Numbered from the stretch's first letter, positions 1 to 9,823 are shown. The stretch is 64,000 nt of DNA from an uncultured Acidobacteriota bacterium (GCA_963730155.1 CAVSQV010000003.1:1123226-1187225), one strand, 5' to 3'. The notes: generated from the sequence alone by a model not told the origin. Numbers and translations: made by a program.

Positions 1-574
1 AGTGTTGGAGCAGCTCGGCGTCGGTCTTCTCGCGGACGGACTCCTTGATGCGGTCGGACGCACGCAGCGCAGCGCACAGGTTCCTACGCTTGGTCGCATC
101 GCAGCGAGCGCGCGGCACCTGAAGTGAAGTCATCGTCTCCCACGGGATCGACGGGCGCTCGGCTACCAGCCGGAGAACGTCGTCGCCCACCACCGGCCTG
201 CAATCGGCGCCGACCCGCAGAAAGTAGCGCCCGTCGCTGGTCGACGCGACGCCGACTGCGCGTGGGATCGTGAGTGCGATGTACTCGCCTCCGCTGACGC
301 CCGTCCGAACCTCGGCCGCCACGTCCACGTTGACCGTCAGCTCGCCGATGCGTTTGCGGACGCGGTCCAGGAGGATGGCCGGGATGCGCTGGTCGGACGG
401 CGGTTCGGTGGCGTCGTTCTCGATGCCGATCATGAGCTGGCCGCCGGAACTGTTGGCGAAGCAGACGCAGTCCTTCGCCATCTCGGGGAAGTCGGCGGTC
501 CTGCCGGTGACCGTCCGCAGGGACTTGCGATCGAGACGCTGCCCTTCGCCGTCGTGGCTCGGCCGGTCAGACAT
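1..574 (-). CDS. AlbA_2/Schlafen-type (divergent AAA) putative DNA-binding regulator, N-terminal part; gene runs off the left edge
   Basis: My own reverse-strand translation from the ATG at 574-572 reads [59 protein letters not shown]... The xFANxxGGxLxIG block is AlbA_2-like. The gene is missing from the ORF track because it is open at the window edge. Confidence 0.5.
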   Translation of the reverse strand, partial: MSDRPSHDGEGQRLDRKSLRTVTGRTADFPEMAKDCVCFANSSGGQLMIGIENDATEPPSDQRIPAILLDRVRKRIGELTVNVDVAAEVRTGVSGGEYIALTIPRAVGVASTSDGRYFLRVGADCRPVVGDDVLRLVAERPSIPWETMTSLQVPRARCDATKRRNLCAALRASDRIKESVREKTDAELLQH

Positions 575-958
575 CGGCTCTCCGGTAGCGGCGCGCAATC
601 AGCTTGGCCATGATCAAGCCGGCCTCGATGGTCTCTCGCAGGCCGACACTGTCCGCGAGGAGCAGGCGGGGAAGGCTCATCCGAACTGCACGCCTGGCAA
701 CGGCACATTCATTGTCGCTCCACCGGCCGAGTTCACAGCCCGTCTGGTTCGCGGCGCGACAGGCTTGCTAATACACCACCGAAGCCTCGGTTTGGTCGAG
801 ATCTGGAGGCTGGACGCTACCATCGTGGGCGGTTCGCTGCCGGTTCGACCTTGGCTGCCGCGGCGGGGTTGGACGACGTGAAGAACGCGCAGGCTGTTTA
901 CGCAAATCTTGACGCAGAGCGCGGGCGCTGATTACCCTCCGGCTCGGAGGACACGAGA

Positions 959-1234
959 ATGCAAAAGGCCGGCGTCCGCGATTTTCGCGCCCATCTCACC
1001 CGGTACGTCTCGGGCGATGAGCCGGTGCTCCTGACCCGCCACGGCAAGATCTCGGGCCTATACCTGCCGCTCGAGGATGCCTCGCGGGTGCCGGACGACC
1101 TGCGGCGGGATCTCGCTTCGGCGCTCGGAGCCCACCTGGCGCGCCTCCTCGAAGCCCGGGGTGTGAGCGAAGAGACCATCGAGGTCGACCGGCAGTCGGC
1201 GTTCGTGGCGATGCTCAAGACCGACGCGGGTTGA
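959..1234 (+). CDS. Phd/YefM-family type II antitoxin (no cognate toxin downstream)
   Basis: 91 aa starting MQKAGVRDFRAHLTRYVSGDEPVLLTRHGKISGLYLPLED, a typical Phd/YefM N-terminus. GGAGG lies 9 nt upstream of the ATG. Confidence 0.75.
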   Translation: MQKAGVRDFRAHLTRYVSGDEPVLLTRHGKISGLYLPLEDASRVPDDLRRDLASALGAHLARLLEARGVSEETIEVDRQSAFVAMLKTDAG

Positions 1235-1275
1235 GGACCGCGAAGACGAAGCCCTCGAGCGCCCGGGCGCGGTCC

Positions 1276-1707
1276 TCAGAGCCGTTCGATCTCGAACGCC
1301 CCGTAGATCTCGAAGTCTCGCCAATCGGTCGTCGCCAGGCGCCGCACCCCCGCGCGGTGGTAGGTGGCGGCCAGCAGGGTGTCGAGCAGGTGCTTGCGGC
1401 CGAGCCGGTGTTCGTGCATCCAGGAGAGGAGCAGGGAGCCGACCTCGGCGTCGACCTCGATCGGCCGGCATTCCTGGGCGTTCCACCACTGCGCGCACAG
1501 CTCCAGCGCCTCGACCATGGCGAGCGGCCGCTCGAAACGGCGATCGTCGGTCACGACGTGGCAGAACTCGGCGAGGACCTGCGCGGCGACCGCCATCGTC
1601 GCATGGCCGCCCAGGATCTGCGATTCGAAGAGCGCCCAGCACCGGTCGTGGGCGGCGTGCTCCCGGACCGCGAGGCCGACCAGGAAGCTCGTGTCGACCC
1701 CGATCAC
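1276..1707 (-). CDS. vapC: PIN-domain toxin VapC
   Basis: Starts VIGVDTSFLVGLAVREH... and ends ...LATTDWRDFEIYG, with the acidic PIN residues present. The GTG start overlaps the upstream antitoxin stop (GTGA), giving 143 aa. Confidence 0.85.
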   Translation of the reverse strand: MIGVDTSFLVGLAVREHAAHDRCWALFESQILGGHATMAVAAQVLAEFCHVVTDDRRFERPLAMVEALELCAQWWNAQECRPIEVDAEVGSLLLSWMHEHRLGRKHLLDTLLAATYHRAGVRRLATTDWRDFEIYGAFEIERL

Positions 1708-1943
1708 GCGCCGGATCCGATCATCTCGGTGAGGAGGTCCTCTTGCCGGGCCAGCGGCTTCAACACCTTGCCGAGCGAGCGCGGGCGCAGGCTCCTCAGA
1801 TCGCCTCGCGGGTGCAGCCACTCAGGGCGGTAGCTTTCGATCGCCTCCCGTATCAGCTCCGAGGTAGGGCGACCCTGACGCTTCGAGGCTCGCCGGAACT
1901 TCTCGTAGACCGGCTGGCTCACACGGATGGTGATGGTCTTCAT
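1704..1943 (-). CDS. vapB: Ribbon-helix-helix (CopG/VapB-type) antitoxin
   Basis: 79 aa starting MKTITIRVSQPVYEKFRRASKRQGRPTSELIREAIESY, an RHH motif. Translationally coupled to the PIN gene. Confidence 0.8.
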   Translation of the reverse strand: MKTITIRVSQPVYEKFRRASKRQGRPTSELIREAIESYRPEWLHPRGDLRSLRPRSLGKVLKPLARQEDLLTEMIGSGA

Positions 1944-1997
1944 ACTTTGAGTCCAGGCCGGCGACCGCGTCGACGACCGCAAGCTACCATCCCTTCC

Positions 1998-2675
1998 GTG
2001 CTCCCCGTCCTCCACCGCGACGACCGCCTGCTCGCCATCGACAAGCCCTCGGGCCTCCTGGTCCACCGCGGCTGGGGGAACGACCGGGTGACGGCGCTCG
2101 ACCTGGCGCGGCGGATCGCCGGGCGGCGGGTCTTCCCGGTGCACCGGCTCGACCGCGGCACCAGCGGCGTGCTGGTCTTCGCGCTCGATGCCGAGGCGGC
2201 GCGGCGGCTCGGAGCGGCGTTCGCCGCGGGCGCCCCGGAGGTGGTCAAGGTCTACCTCGCCCTGGTGCGCGGGCGGGCGCCCGAGGAGACCGTGGTCGAC
2301 CACCCGATCCCGCGCGACGCGGGCGGGCCGCGGGTGCCGGCGGTGACCGCGGTGCGCCGGCTGGCGGTCGCCGAGCTGGGGCCGCGGCGGGTCTACTCGC
2401 TGGTCGAGGCGCGGCCGGCGACCGGCCGGCTGCACCAGGTGCGGCGGCACTTGAAGCACCTGTCGCTGCCGGTGATCGGCGACGTCGAGTACGGCAAGGG
2501 GGAGCACAACCGCTTCTTCCGCGCCGAGTACGGCCTGGCGCGGCTGGCGCTCCACGCGCTCTCGCTCGAGATCCCCCATCCCGCCGGCGGCGAGCGGCTG
2601 CGGTTGAGGGCACCGGTCCCCGCCGACCTCGCCGGGCCGCTCGCTGCCCTGGGCCTGCCATCCGATTTAATATAA
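1998..2675 (+). CDS. RluA-family pseudouridine synthase (TruC-like)
   Basis: Contains LAIDKPSGLLVH and the catalytic HRLDRGTSGVLVFA motif. GTG start chosen at 1998, giving 225 aa. Confidence 0.85.
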   Translation: MLPVLHRDDRLLAIDKPSGLLVHRGWGNDRVTALDLARRIAGRRVFPVHRLDRGTSGVLVFALDAEAARRLGAAFAAGAPEVVKVYLALVRGRAPEETVVDHPIPRDAGGPRVPAVTAVRRLAVAELGPRRVYSLVEARPATGRLHQVRRHLKHLSLPVIGDVEYGKGEHNRFFRAEYGLARLALHALSLEIPHPAGGERLRLRAPVPADLAGPLAALGLPSDLI

Positions 2676-2842
2676 GCCTCTACGTATATTAGGGCGTCAC
2701 GACCTAGGGCGCTGGGCTCACTCCCTTTGTCAGGGAGCGCTTCGCATCCTGAACCGGCCTCGCCGGCATCGCGTTCCCCCAGGCCGGCGCGGCCTCACCG
2801 ACCGGAGGGCCCCCGCGGCTCTCCTGGAGGAAACCCTTTCCC

Positions 2843-3274
2843 ATGACCCGCAACACCCGCATCGTCCTCGCCGCTCTCGTCGCCGCCGGCGCGGCCGCCG
2901 CGCTCCTCCTGGTCCCGGCGCTGCGCTCCGGCGCCTCGCCCGGCGTCGGGCCGTTCGACCTCATCGCCAACCACTATCACTGCTACCGGATCATCGAGTG
3001 GGACAACTTCCAGCCCACCGACCACCGGTTGAAGGACCAGTTCGGCCTGACGGTGCCCGACGTGATCCGGCCGGCCCTGCTGTGCAACCCGACGAAGAAG
3101 GACACGACCGAGATCGTCGATCCCGACCTCCACTACGTCTGCTACGAGCTGCTGGTCCCCACCGATCCGATCGAGCGCAAGTCGGTGGTCTCGAACCAGT
3201 ACGGCGAGGCGACGGTGAAGACCTTCGAGTCCGAGCTGCTCTGCCTGCCGTCGAAGAAGCAGCACCTGGGGTAG
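2843..3274 (+). CDS. Secreted hypothetical protein with an internally duplicated 4-Cys module
   Basis: Signal peptide, then two copies of HYxCY...QFG/QYG...LLCxPxKK. GGAGG lies upstream of the ATG. Confidence 0.6.
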   Translation: MTRNTRIVLAALVAAGAAAALLLVPALRSGASPGVGPFDLIANHYHCYRIIEWDNFQPTDHRLKDQFGLTVPDVIRPALLCNPTKKDTTEIVDPDLHYVCYELLVPTDPIERKSVVSNQYGEATVKTFESELLCLPSKKQHLG

Positions 3275-3281
3275 CCCGCGC

Positions 3282-4214
3282 TCAGCCGGGGGCGGCGGTC
3301 CCGACCGGGACCGCCGCCTTCGTCATCAGCTCGCCATATTTGCGGTCGAGCAGCTCAAAAACCGCCGCGATCCGCTCCAGCCGCTCGTCGAGCAGCTCGC
3401 TCCAGTGGCCGCGGCGGGCGGTCTCGACCTTGAGGCCCGCGACCCGGTAGGAGAGGGCGTCGAAGCGGAACGACGCCTCGCCGGTCAGGAGCTTCGCCGA
3501 GAGCGGCTCGGCGCCGCGCTCGAGGTAGCGGTGGAGCTCGTTGAGCACCCCGCCGGTCAGCCCCACCTTGGCCTCCGCGGTCTGGAGGCGCACGCTCCCC
3601 GCCTCCGGCTCGACCATCAGCTCGCGGTCGCCGACCAGCTCGCGCAGGAAGCGGCAGCCGGCCGCCGACTGCCCCGGCTCGGTGATCTCGACCAGCGGGC
3701 TCTCGGCCTCCGGCTCGTCGCGCTCGATCCAGGGCGCGGTGTAGTCGGCGACCACCTCGACCCGGCGCAGGAGCTGGAGGACGGTGCCGATCCGGCCCTT
3801 GGCGGTGGTGCCGATCCACACCACGTCGCCGTCGAGCGCGCCTTCGACGATCGCGCTCCGCGGGCTGGTGCGGAGCGCCAGCTCGTCCTCGGCCAGGGCG
3901 CGGAGCTGGCGGCGCTTCTTGGGCCCGACGAAGTCGGCGCCGGTCGCCTCGCGCTCGGCGGCGGCGAGCTGGCGCACCCGCTCGCGCACGGCGGTCGGGT
4001 CAGGCCGCACCCGGTCGACGCGCAGGCGGAAGAACCAGCGGCTGTCGCCGACCCGGTAGGGCTCGCCGGGCTCGTAAGGGAGGAAGCCGACGCTCTCGCG
4101 CAGCTCCGAGCCGGGCTCGATCTCGCGGAAGCCGGCGCGGTCGAAGTCGGGCTCGTCCGGCCGCGAGACCAGGCGGAAGCGGGTGATGCTGGCGGCTCCG
4201 GAGATCAGTCCCAT
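3282..4214 (-). CDS. rdgC: Recombination-associated protein RdgC
   Basis: 310 aa from MGLISGAASITRFRL...; length and N-terminus are RdgC-like. The start is internal to ORF 3282..4505. Confidence 0.75.
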   Translation of the reverse strand: MGLISGAASITRFRLVSRPDEPDFDRAGFREIEPGSELRESVGFLPYEPGEPYRVGDSRWFFRLRVDRVRPDPTAVRERVRQLAAAEREATGADFVGPKKRRQLRALAEDELALRTSPRSAIVEGALDGDVVWIGTTAKGRIGTVLQLLRRVEVVADYTAPWIERDEPEAESPLVEITEPGQSAAGCRFLRELVGDRELMVEPEAGSVRLQTAEAKVGLTGGVLNELHRYLERGAEPLSAKLLTGEASFRFDALSYRVAGLKVETARRGHWSELLDERLERIAAVFELLDRKYGELMTKAAVPVGTAAPG

Positions 4215-4299
4215 GGGGGGCGGGATCTTACCGGATCGCACCGGAGTTAGACTGTCGCACGAACTCTTCGCGAGGTGCGACCCCGCCCGAGGTGCGACC

Positions 4300-5649
4300 A
4301 TGGACCGAACCGCCCGCCCGGAACGCCGTCCGAGCCTTCGCCACCGCTCCCCCGCCGTCCGCGTGACCGCGATCGTCACGCTGGCCCTCTTCACCGCCTC
4401 GTGCGCGTCCACCAACCTGCCGCCGATCTCGGCCGCCGGCGGCGCCTTCCAGCCGCTGCCCGACGAGCTGGCGCTCTGGGAGCAGTCGCGCGCCGAGGAG
4501 GACAAGCTCCTCGGCGAGGTGACGCTCTACGAGGACCCGCTGCTCGAGGACTACCTCACCGGGGTGGTGATGCGGCTCAACCCGCCGCAGATGGCGGCCA
4601 ACCCCTCGATCATCTACAAGGTGCGGGTGGTCGCCGACCCGACGCTCAACGCCTTCGCCTACCCGCACGGCAGCCTCTACGTCCACACCGGCCTGGTGGC
4701 GCGGATGGAGAGCGAGGACCACCTCGCCACCGTCCTCGGCCACGAGATGACCCACGTCGAGAACCGCCACATGCTGCGCTACCAGCGCGCCGCCCAGAAC
4801 CGCCAGATCGGGTTCGCGGTGGCGTCGGTGGCCGCGGCGGTCGTGCTAGCAGGCGAGCAGGGCGAGGCCTACGAGGCCGGCGACTGGAGCCGCGCCGCGA
4901 CGATCGGCGTCCTCGGCGACCTCCTGATCGGCCTCGGCCTGCAGCTCGCCTTCCTGGCCGCGGTCAACGGCTACGGCCGCGACCTCGAGCAGGAGGCCGA
5001 CTACGGCGGCTTCGCCAAGCTCGCCGCCGCCGGCTACGACCCGGCGGTCGGCCCCGAGGTCTACCAGGCGCTGCTCGAGGACCACGGCGAGCCGACCTCG
5101 GTCGAGGGCTTCTTCTTCGGCAGCCACCCGAAGCTCTCGGCGCGGGTCGAGAACGCCAAGATCTGGCTCGCCGAGCACCCCGAAACCGCCGCGGGCGGCG
5201 CCGAAGGAGAGCCCGCGGGCGAGGCCACGGACGAGTTCTCCCGCCGGATCCGCCCGGTGGTGCGCGACGACGCCGCCCTGAACCTCGAGGCCGGGCGTCT
5301 GATGATCGCCGAGGACCAGCTCGCCCGCGCCCTCGAGTGGATGCCCGAGGACCCGGAGAGCCACCTGCTGCTCGGCCAGTTGCGCCAGGCCCAGGCCGAG
5401 GTCGAGGCCGATCCGGCGCTCGCCGCCGAGCGGCTGGCCGAGGCCGAGACCGCCCTGCGCGAGGCGATCCGCCTCGACGCCGACCGCCCCGAGCCGCACC
5501 GCGAGCTGGGTCTCCTGCTCTATCGCGCCGGCGACCGCCCGGCGGCCTGCGTCTCATTCCGGCACTACCTCGAGCTGGCTCCGGACGGCGAGGACGCCGG
5601 CCGCTTCCGCGACTACGTCCTCGAGCTGGAGCGCGACGGCGACTGCTGA
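4300..5649 (+). CDS. M48-family zinc metalloprotease lipoprotein with C-terminal TPR region (BepA-like)
   Basis: Lipobox LFTASC, HEMTH (HExxH) motif, and TPR-like C-terminus. The start at MDRTARPE is internal to ORF 4183..5649. Confidence 0.85.
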   Translation: MDRTARPERRPSLRHRSPAVRVTAIVTLALFTASCASTNLPPISAAGGAFQPLPDELALWEQSRAEEDKLLGEVTLYEDPLLEDYLTGVVMRLNPPQMAANPSIIYKVRVVADPTLNAFAYPHGSLYVHTGLVARMESEDHLATVLGHEMTHVENRHMLRYQRAAQNRQIGFAVASVAAAVVLAGEQGEAYEAGDWSRAATIGVLGDLLIGLGLQLAFLAAVNGYGRDLEQEADYGGFAKLAAAGYDPAVGPEVYQALLEDHGEPTSVEGFFFGSHPKLSARVENAKIWLAEHPETAAGGAEGEPAGEATDEFSRRIRPVVRDDAALNLEAGRLMIAEDQLARALEWMPEDPESHLLLGQLRQAQAEVEADPALAAERLAEAETALREAIRLDADRPEPHRELGLLLYRAGDRPAACVSFRHYLELAPDGEDAGRFRDYVLELERDGDC

Positions 5650-5659
5650 GGAAGGGCGG

Positions 5660-6157
5660 CTACCCCGAGGTCCGCTCCCAGACCTCGAAGCGCAGCGGCA
5701 GCGGATTGGCGGCGTCGGCGGGGCGGTCCCGCGCCTCGACCCGGCGCCACTCCGCGGGGTCCCAGTCCGGGAAGCGGACGTCGCCCTCGACCGCCGCCAG
5801 CACGCGGGTGAGGTAGAGCCGGCCGGCGCGCGGCAGCGCCTCGCGGTAGAGCCCGGCGCCGCCGGCGACGAACGGCTCGGCGTCGCCCGCGGCCGCCGCG
5901 CTCGCGACCGCCTCCTCGAGGGTGCGGGCCGCGCGCACCCCCGCCGGCAGCTCGGCCCCGCCGCGCGTGACCACGATCATCGTCCGCCCGGGGAGCGGCC
6001 GGCCGATCGACTCCCAGGTGCGCCGCCCGATCAGCAGGTGATGGCCCATCGTCAGCTCCTGGAACCGCCGGAGGTCGGCGGGCAACCGCCACGGCAGGCC
6101 GCCGCCGCGGCCGATCACGCCGTTCTCCGCGACCGCCGCGATGATCGCGAGTCTCAT
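5660..6157 (-). CDS. folA: Dihydrofolate reductase
   Basis: Starts MRLAIIAAVAENGVIGRGGGLPWRLPADLRRFQELTMGHHLLIGRRTWESIG, the canonical DHFR N-terminus. 165 aa. Confidence 0.95.
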   Translation of the reverse strand: MRLAIIAAVAENGVIGRGGGLPWRLPADLRRFQELTMGHHLLIGRRTWESIGRPLPGRTMIVVTRGGAELPAGVRAARTLEEAVASAAAAGDAEPFVAGGAGLYREALPRAGRLYLTRVLAAVEGDVRFPDWDPAEWRRVEARDRPADAANPLPLRFEVWERTSG

Positions 6158-6170
6158 CTCGGCCGAACTC

Positions 6171-6965
6171 TCAGACGGCGATCGGCGCCGCGATGTGGGG
6201 ATGGGGGTCGTACCCCTCGACCGTGACGTGCCCGGCCTCGAACTCCTCGAGCCGGCGCACCGAGGGGTCGAGCCGCAGCGCCGGGAGCGGGCGCGGCGCG
6301 CGGCCGAGCTGCTCCTCGGCCTGCGCGAGGTGGTTTTTGTAGAGGTGGGCGTCGCCGAGGGTGTGTACCAGCTCGCCCGGGGGGAGGTCGCAGACCTGCG
6401 CCACCATCGCGGTCAGGAGCGCGTAGGAGGCGATGTTGAACGGCACGCCGAGGAAGACGTCGGCGCTGCGCTGGTAGAGCTGGCACGACAGCCGCCCGCC
6501 GCCGACCCAGAACTGGAACAGCAGGTGGCAGGGGGGGAGCCGCATCCGCGGCAGCTCGCCGACGTTCCAGGCGCTGACCACGTGGCGGCGCGAGTGGGGA
6601 TCGGTGCGGATCGACTCGACCACCCGCGCGAGCTGGTCGATCGGCTCCCCCTCCGGCCCGCGCCAGGCGCGCCACTGGGCGCCGTAGATCGGCCCCAGCT
6701 CGCCCTCCTCGTCCGCCCACTCGTTCCAGATCCGCACCCCGCGCTCCTGGAGCCAGCGGACGTTGGTCGAGCCGCGCAGGAACCAGAGCAACTCGACGAC
6801 CACCGAGTGGAGGTGCACCCGCTTGGTGGTGACCAGCGGGAAGCCCTCGGCGAGGTCGAAGCGCATCTGGTGGCCGAAGACCGAGAGCGTGCCGGTGCCG
6901 GTGCGGTCGGGCTTGTCGACCCCGTGGTCGAGGACGTGGCGGAGGAGGTCGAGGTACTGGCGCAC
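6171..6965 (-). CDS. thyA: Thymidylate synthase
   Basis: Contains [31 protein letters not shown] and ends AAPIAV. GTG start at 6965 gives 264 aa. Confidence 0.95.
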   Translation of the reverse strand: MRQYLDLLRHVLDHGVDKPDRTGTGTLSVFGHQMRFDLAEGFPLVTTKRVHLHSVVVELLWFLRGSTNVRWLQERGVRIWNEWADEEGELGPIYGAQWRAWRGPEGEPIDQLARVVESIRTDPHSRRHVVSAWNVGELPRMRLPPCHLLFQFWVGGGRLSCQLYQRSADVFLGVPFNIASYALLTAMVAQVCDLPPGELVHTLGDAHLYKNHLAQAEEQLGRAPRPLPALRLDPSVRRLEEFEAGHVTVEGYDPHPHIAAPIAV

Positions 6966-6973
6966 CGCGCTCC

Positions 6974-8037
6974 CTACCCCTCCCAGTCCCAGAAGTAGTC
7001 GGCGTTGGTGAGCTGCTCCTCCTGGTCCTGGGCGGTCGCGGCGGCCTCGGGGTCGACCTCGCGGCGGATCACCCGGAGCTGCTCCTCGAGGTCGACGGTC
7101 TCGCGCTCCCAGTAGCCCTCGCTCGCCGAACTGCGGCCAGGTGGCAGGGAAGATCGGGTCGTGCCAGCGCCGCGCGAGCCAGGCCGCGTAGTGGATCATG
7201 CGCAGCGCCGCGCAGCGGCTCGATCAGGCGCAGGGTCGAGCGGTCGAAGAGCGCGGAAGCGCTCGTAGCCCTCGAGGAAGCGCTCGCGCTGGCGGCGCGC
7301 CCAGGCGTCGCGGCCGGGGAGCGCCAGCCAGAGGTCCTGGACCGCCGGGCCGACCGTCATGTCGTCGAAGTCGAGGACGTTGAGGACGCCGTCGCGCAGG
7401 AGGAGGTTGCCGAGGTGGAGGTCGCCGTGGATGCGGTGGGTCGCGACGCCCGTCGAGCGAGCGCGTCGAGGCGCTCGGCGACGCTCGCGCGGCGGCGTCG
7501 GTCCAGCGCGGCCAGAGCCGCGGCGGCGACCGTCCGGTGCTCGTCGAGCCAGGCGAGGTCGTCGCGGACGAAGGCGTCGGCGGTCAACGCGCAGCCGGTG
7601 CGGCGCGTCGCGCCGGGCGCCGACCGTGTGGAGGCGCCCGACCAGCATGCCGAGCCGCTCGGCGGCGGCGTCGTCGAGCTCGTCGGGGGCGCGACCGCCG
7701 CGGCGCTCGGAGAGGCGTAGCAGATGCCGTCGTCTGCTCGCTGAGCGTCGCGCCGTCGGGGAAGCGGCGGACCGGGCAGACCGGGACCTCCTCGGCCTCG
7801 AGGTCGACGCAGGAACCGGTGCTCCTCGAGGATCTGCTCCTCGCTCCAGCGCCCCGGCCGGTAGAACTTGGCGACGATCCGCGAGCGGTCGACCAGCTCG
7901 ACCTCGTAGACCCGGTTCTCGAACGAGTTGAGCGGGTAGCAGACCGGGTTGGTCTCGAGCCCGGCCGCCTCGACGGCCGCGAGCACGCGGTCCGGGGTGA
8001 GCGAGAGGAAGAGGTCGCTGTGCTCGGGGGCGGGCAT
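6974..8037 (-). pseudogene. srkA: Stress-response Ser/Thr kinase SrkA (YihE), reading frame broken many times
   Basis: SrkA-like sequence is spread over all three minus frames. Pieces include [102 protein letters not shown] and a C-terminus [10 protein letters not shown]. Length is not a multiple of 3. Confidence 0.8.
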
Positions 8038-8125
8038 CGGGGGGTGGCGATCATATCGCTCGACGCCGCCGGCGGGCGCGAGCGGCTCCGCCTCGCGGTA
8101 TAACTCCGGTCCAGGAGGCCGGAGG

Positions 8126-8893
8126 ATGACCGCTGAGCCCGAGACCGATCTGCCAGCCCGATCCGAGCCGATGGGCGGCGCGATGGAGCGCCTGCCGCGC
8201 CGGCTCGACGAGATCGAGTGCCGGGTGCTCGGCGCGCTGCTCGAGAAGGAGCAGACGACGCCCGAGTACTACCCGCTGACCGTCAACGCCCTGGTCGCCG
8301 CGTGCAACCAGAGGACCAACCGCGACCCGGTGACCGACCTCGACGAGCGCGACGTCCACGCCGCGCTCGACCGGCTGCGCAAGAGCGTCCTGGCCTGGAA
8401 CACCGAGGGCGCCCGCACCGAGCGCTGGCGCCACGCCCTCGACCGCCGCTGGCGGCTCGAGCCGGCGACCAAGGCGCTGATCACCCTGCTGCTCTTGCGC
8501 GGGCCGCAGACCCCCGGGGAGCTGCGCGCGAGGAGCGAGCGGATGCACCGCTTCGGCTCCCCGGGCGAGGTCGAATCGGCCCTGCGCCGGCTCGCCGAAG
8601 GGCGCGAGCCGCTGGTGCGCGAGCTGCCGCGGGCGCCGGGGCAGAAGGAGAACCGGTGGGTCCACCTGGCAGGCGAGGAGCCGCGCGCCGGCGGCGCCGG
8701 GATCGCGGCGGCGGGGAGCCTCCGCGCGCCGGCACCCGAGCCGGTTCGCGACCGGCCGGCGGTCGCCGGCGCGCGGTCGGAAGCGCCCCGGGGGGGCGAG
8801 CCGGAGCCGGACGAGCTGACGGCGAGGATCGCCGCGCTCGAAGCACGGGTCGCCGCGCTCGAGCGGTGGCTCGGCGACGGCGGCCGAGAGTAG
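8126..8893 (+). CDS. yceH: YceH/DUF480 family protein
   Basis: ECRVLGALLEKEQTTPEYYPLTVNALVAACNQRTNRDPV matches the YceH signature. GGAGG precedes the ATG at 8126. Confidence 0.85.
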   Translation: MTAEPETDLPARSEPMGGAMERLPRRLDEIECRVLGALLEKEQTTPEYYPLTVNALVAACNQRTNRDPVTDLDERDVHAALDRLRKSVLAWNTEGARTERWRHALDRRWRLEPATKALITLLLLRGPQTPGELRARSERMHRFGSPGEVESALRRLAEGREPLVRELPRAPGQKENRWVHLAGEEPRAGGAGIAAAGSLRAPAPEPVRDRPAVAGARSEAPRGGEPEPDELTARIAALEARVAALERWLGDGGRE

Positions 8894-8933
8894 GCGCGGA
8901 GGCGGGGAGTCGGGAAGGGAGCGCACGGGCGGC

Positions 8934-8962
8934 GGTACGGTCCCGCCGCCCGTTCCTCGCGG
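8934..8962. terminator. Hairpin between convergent yceH and fkpA
   Basis: Perfect 11-bp GC-rich stem acgggcggcgg / ccgccgcccgt with a 7-nt loop. There is no clear U-tract. Confidence 0.45.
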
Positions 8963-8970
8963 AGGGATTC

Positions 8971-9726
8971 CTAGCTGTCGGCGCCGGGCGCCGCGGCGTC
9001 GCCCTGCGCCTCGATGCCCAGGAGCTCGATCTCGAACACCAGAGTCTCGCCGGGGCCGATGCGCGGCGGGCTGCCGCGCTCGCCGTAGGCGAGGTCGGGC
9101 GGGATGACGACCTTCCACTTCGAGCCCACCGGCATGAGCTGGAGGATCTCCTGCCAGCCCTGGACGACGCCGGTCACCGGGAAGGTCGCCGGCTGGCCGC
9201 GGTCGTAGGAGCTGTCGAACTGGGTGTCGTCGGTCAGGGTGCCCTTGTAGTGGACCGAAACCCGGTCGGCGGGGGTCGGCTTGGCGCCGGAGCCCTCCTG
9301 CATCACCTGGTAGAGGATGCCGCTGGCGGTCGACTGGACTCCCTCCTGGGCGGCAAACTGCTGGCGAAAGGCGTCGCCCTCGGCCTTGTTCTCGGTGAGC
9401 GCCTTCTCGGCGGCGGCCTGCTGCTTGGCCGCCATCGCGGTCTGGAACTCGGTCATGGTCGCCTGCATCTCCTCCTGCGTCATCGACCCCTCCTTACCGG
9501 CGAGGCCGTCGCGCAGGCCCTGGATCATGGCGTCGAGGTCGATGTCGACCTCCTGCTGCTTCATGTTGGTGCCGAAGTTGATGCCGATGGCGTAGCCGGC
9601 GCGCTGCGAGAGGGTCTCCGGCTTGGCGGGCGCCGCCTCCTCGGGGGCGGCGGCTTCGTCCTGGGCGCAGGCGATCGACGCCGCCCCCAGGCAGAGGAAC
9701 GCGGCGAGCAGGAATGCTTTCTTCAT
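8971..9726 (-). CDS. fkpA: FKBP-type peptidyl-prolyl isomerase, FkpA/Mip-like, secreted
   Basis: Signal peptide, a helical dimerisation region, then the FKBP core VHYKGTLTDDTQFDSSYDRGQPATFPV..VVQGWQE..PPDLAYGERG. Confidence 0.9.
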   Translation of the reverse strand: MKKAFLLAAFLCLGAASIACAQDEAAAPEEAAPAKPETLSQRAGYAIGINFGTNMKQQEVDIDLDAMIQGLRDGLAGKEGSMTQEEMQATMTEFQTAMAAKQQAAAEKALTENKAEGDAFRQQFAAQEGVQSTASGILYQVMQEGSGAKPTPADRVSVHYKGTLTDDTQFDSSYDRGQPATFPVTGVVQGWQEILQLMPVGSKWKVVIPPDLAYGERGSPPRIGPGETLVFEIELLGIEAQGDAAAPGADS

Positions 9727-9823
9727 CGGGTATCTCCTGACGGAATGGATTGCAGGTTGGGCGGAAGACCGGTCGAAGGGACGCCGATCCTACCACCGGC
9801 CCGGCGCGCGCAAGGCGGACGGG

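Noticed and set aside
567-680. 37-aa minus-strand ORF ([37 protein letters not shown]) overlapping the AlbA_2-like gene start by 8 nt (ATGTCTGA).
   Set aside because: The overlap geometry is suggestive of coupling. But the ORF is too short, has no recognisable motif, and I saw no SD sequence. Not reportable as a gene.
270-881. 203-aa plus-strand ORF at the left end.
   Set aside because: It is antisense to the AlbA_2-like gene (1..574), which has a recognisable motif. Its own translation is compositionally odd and matches no family.
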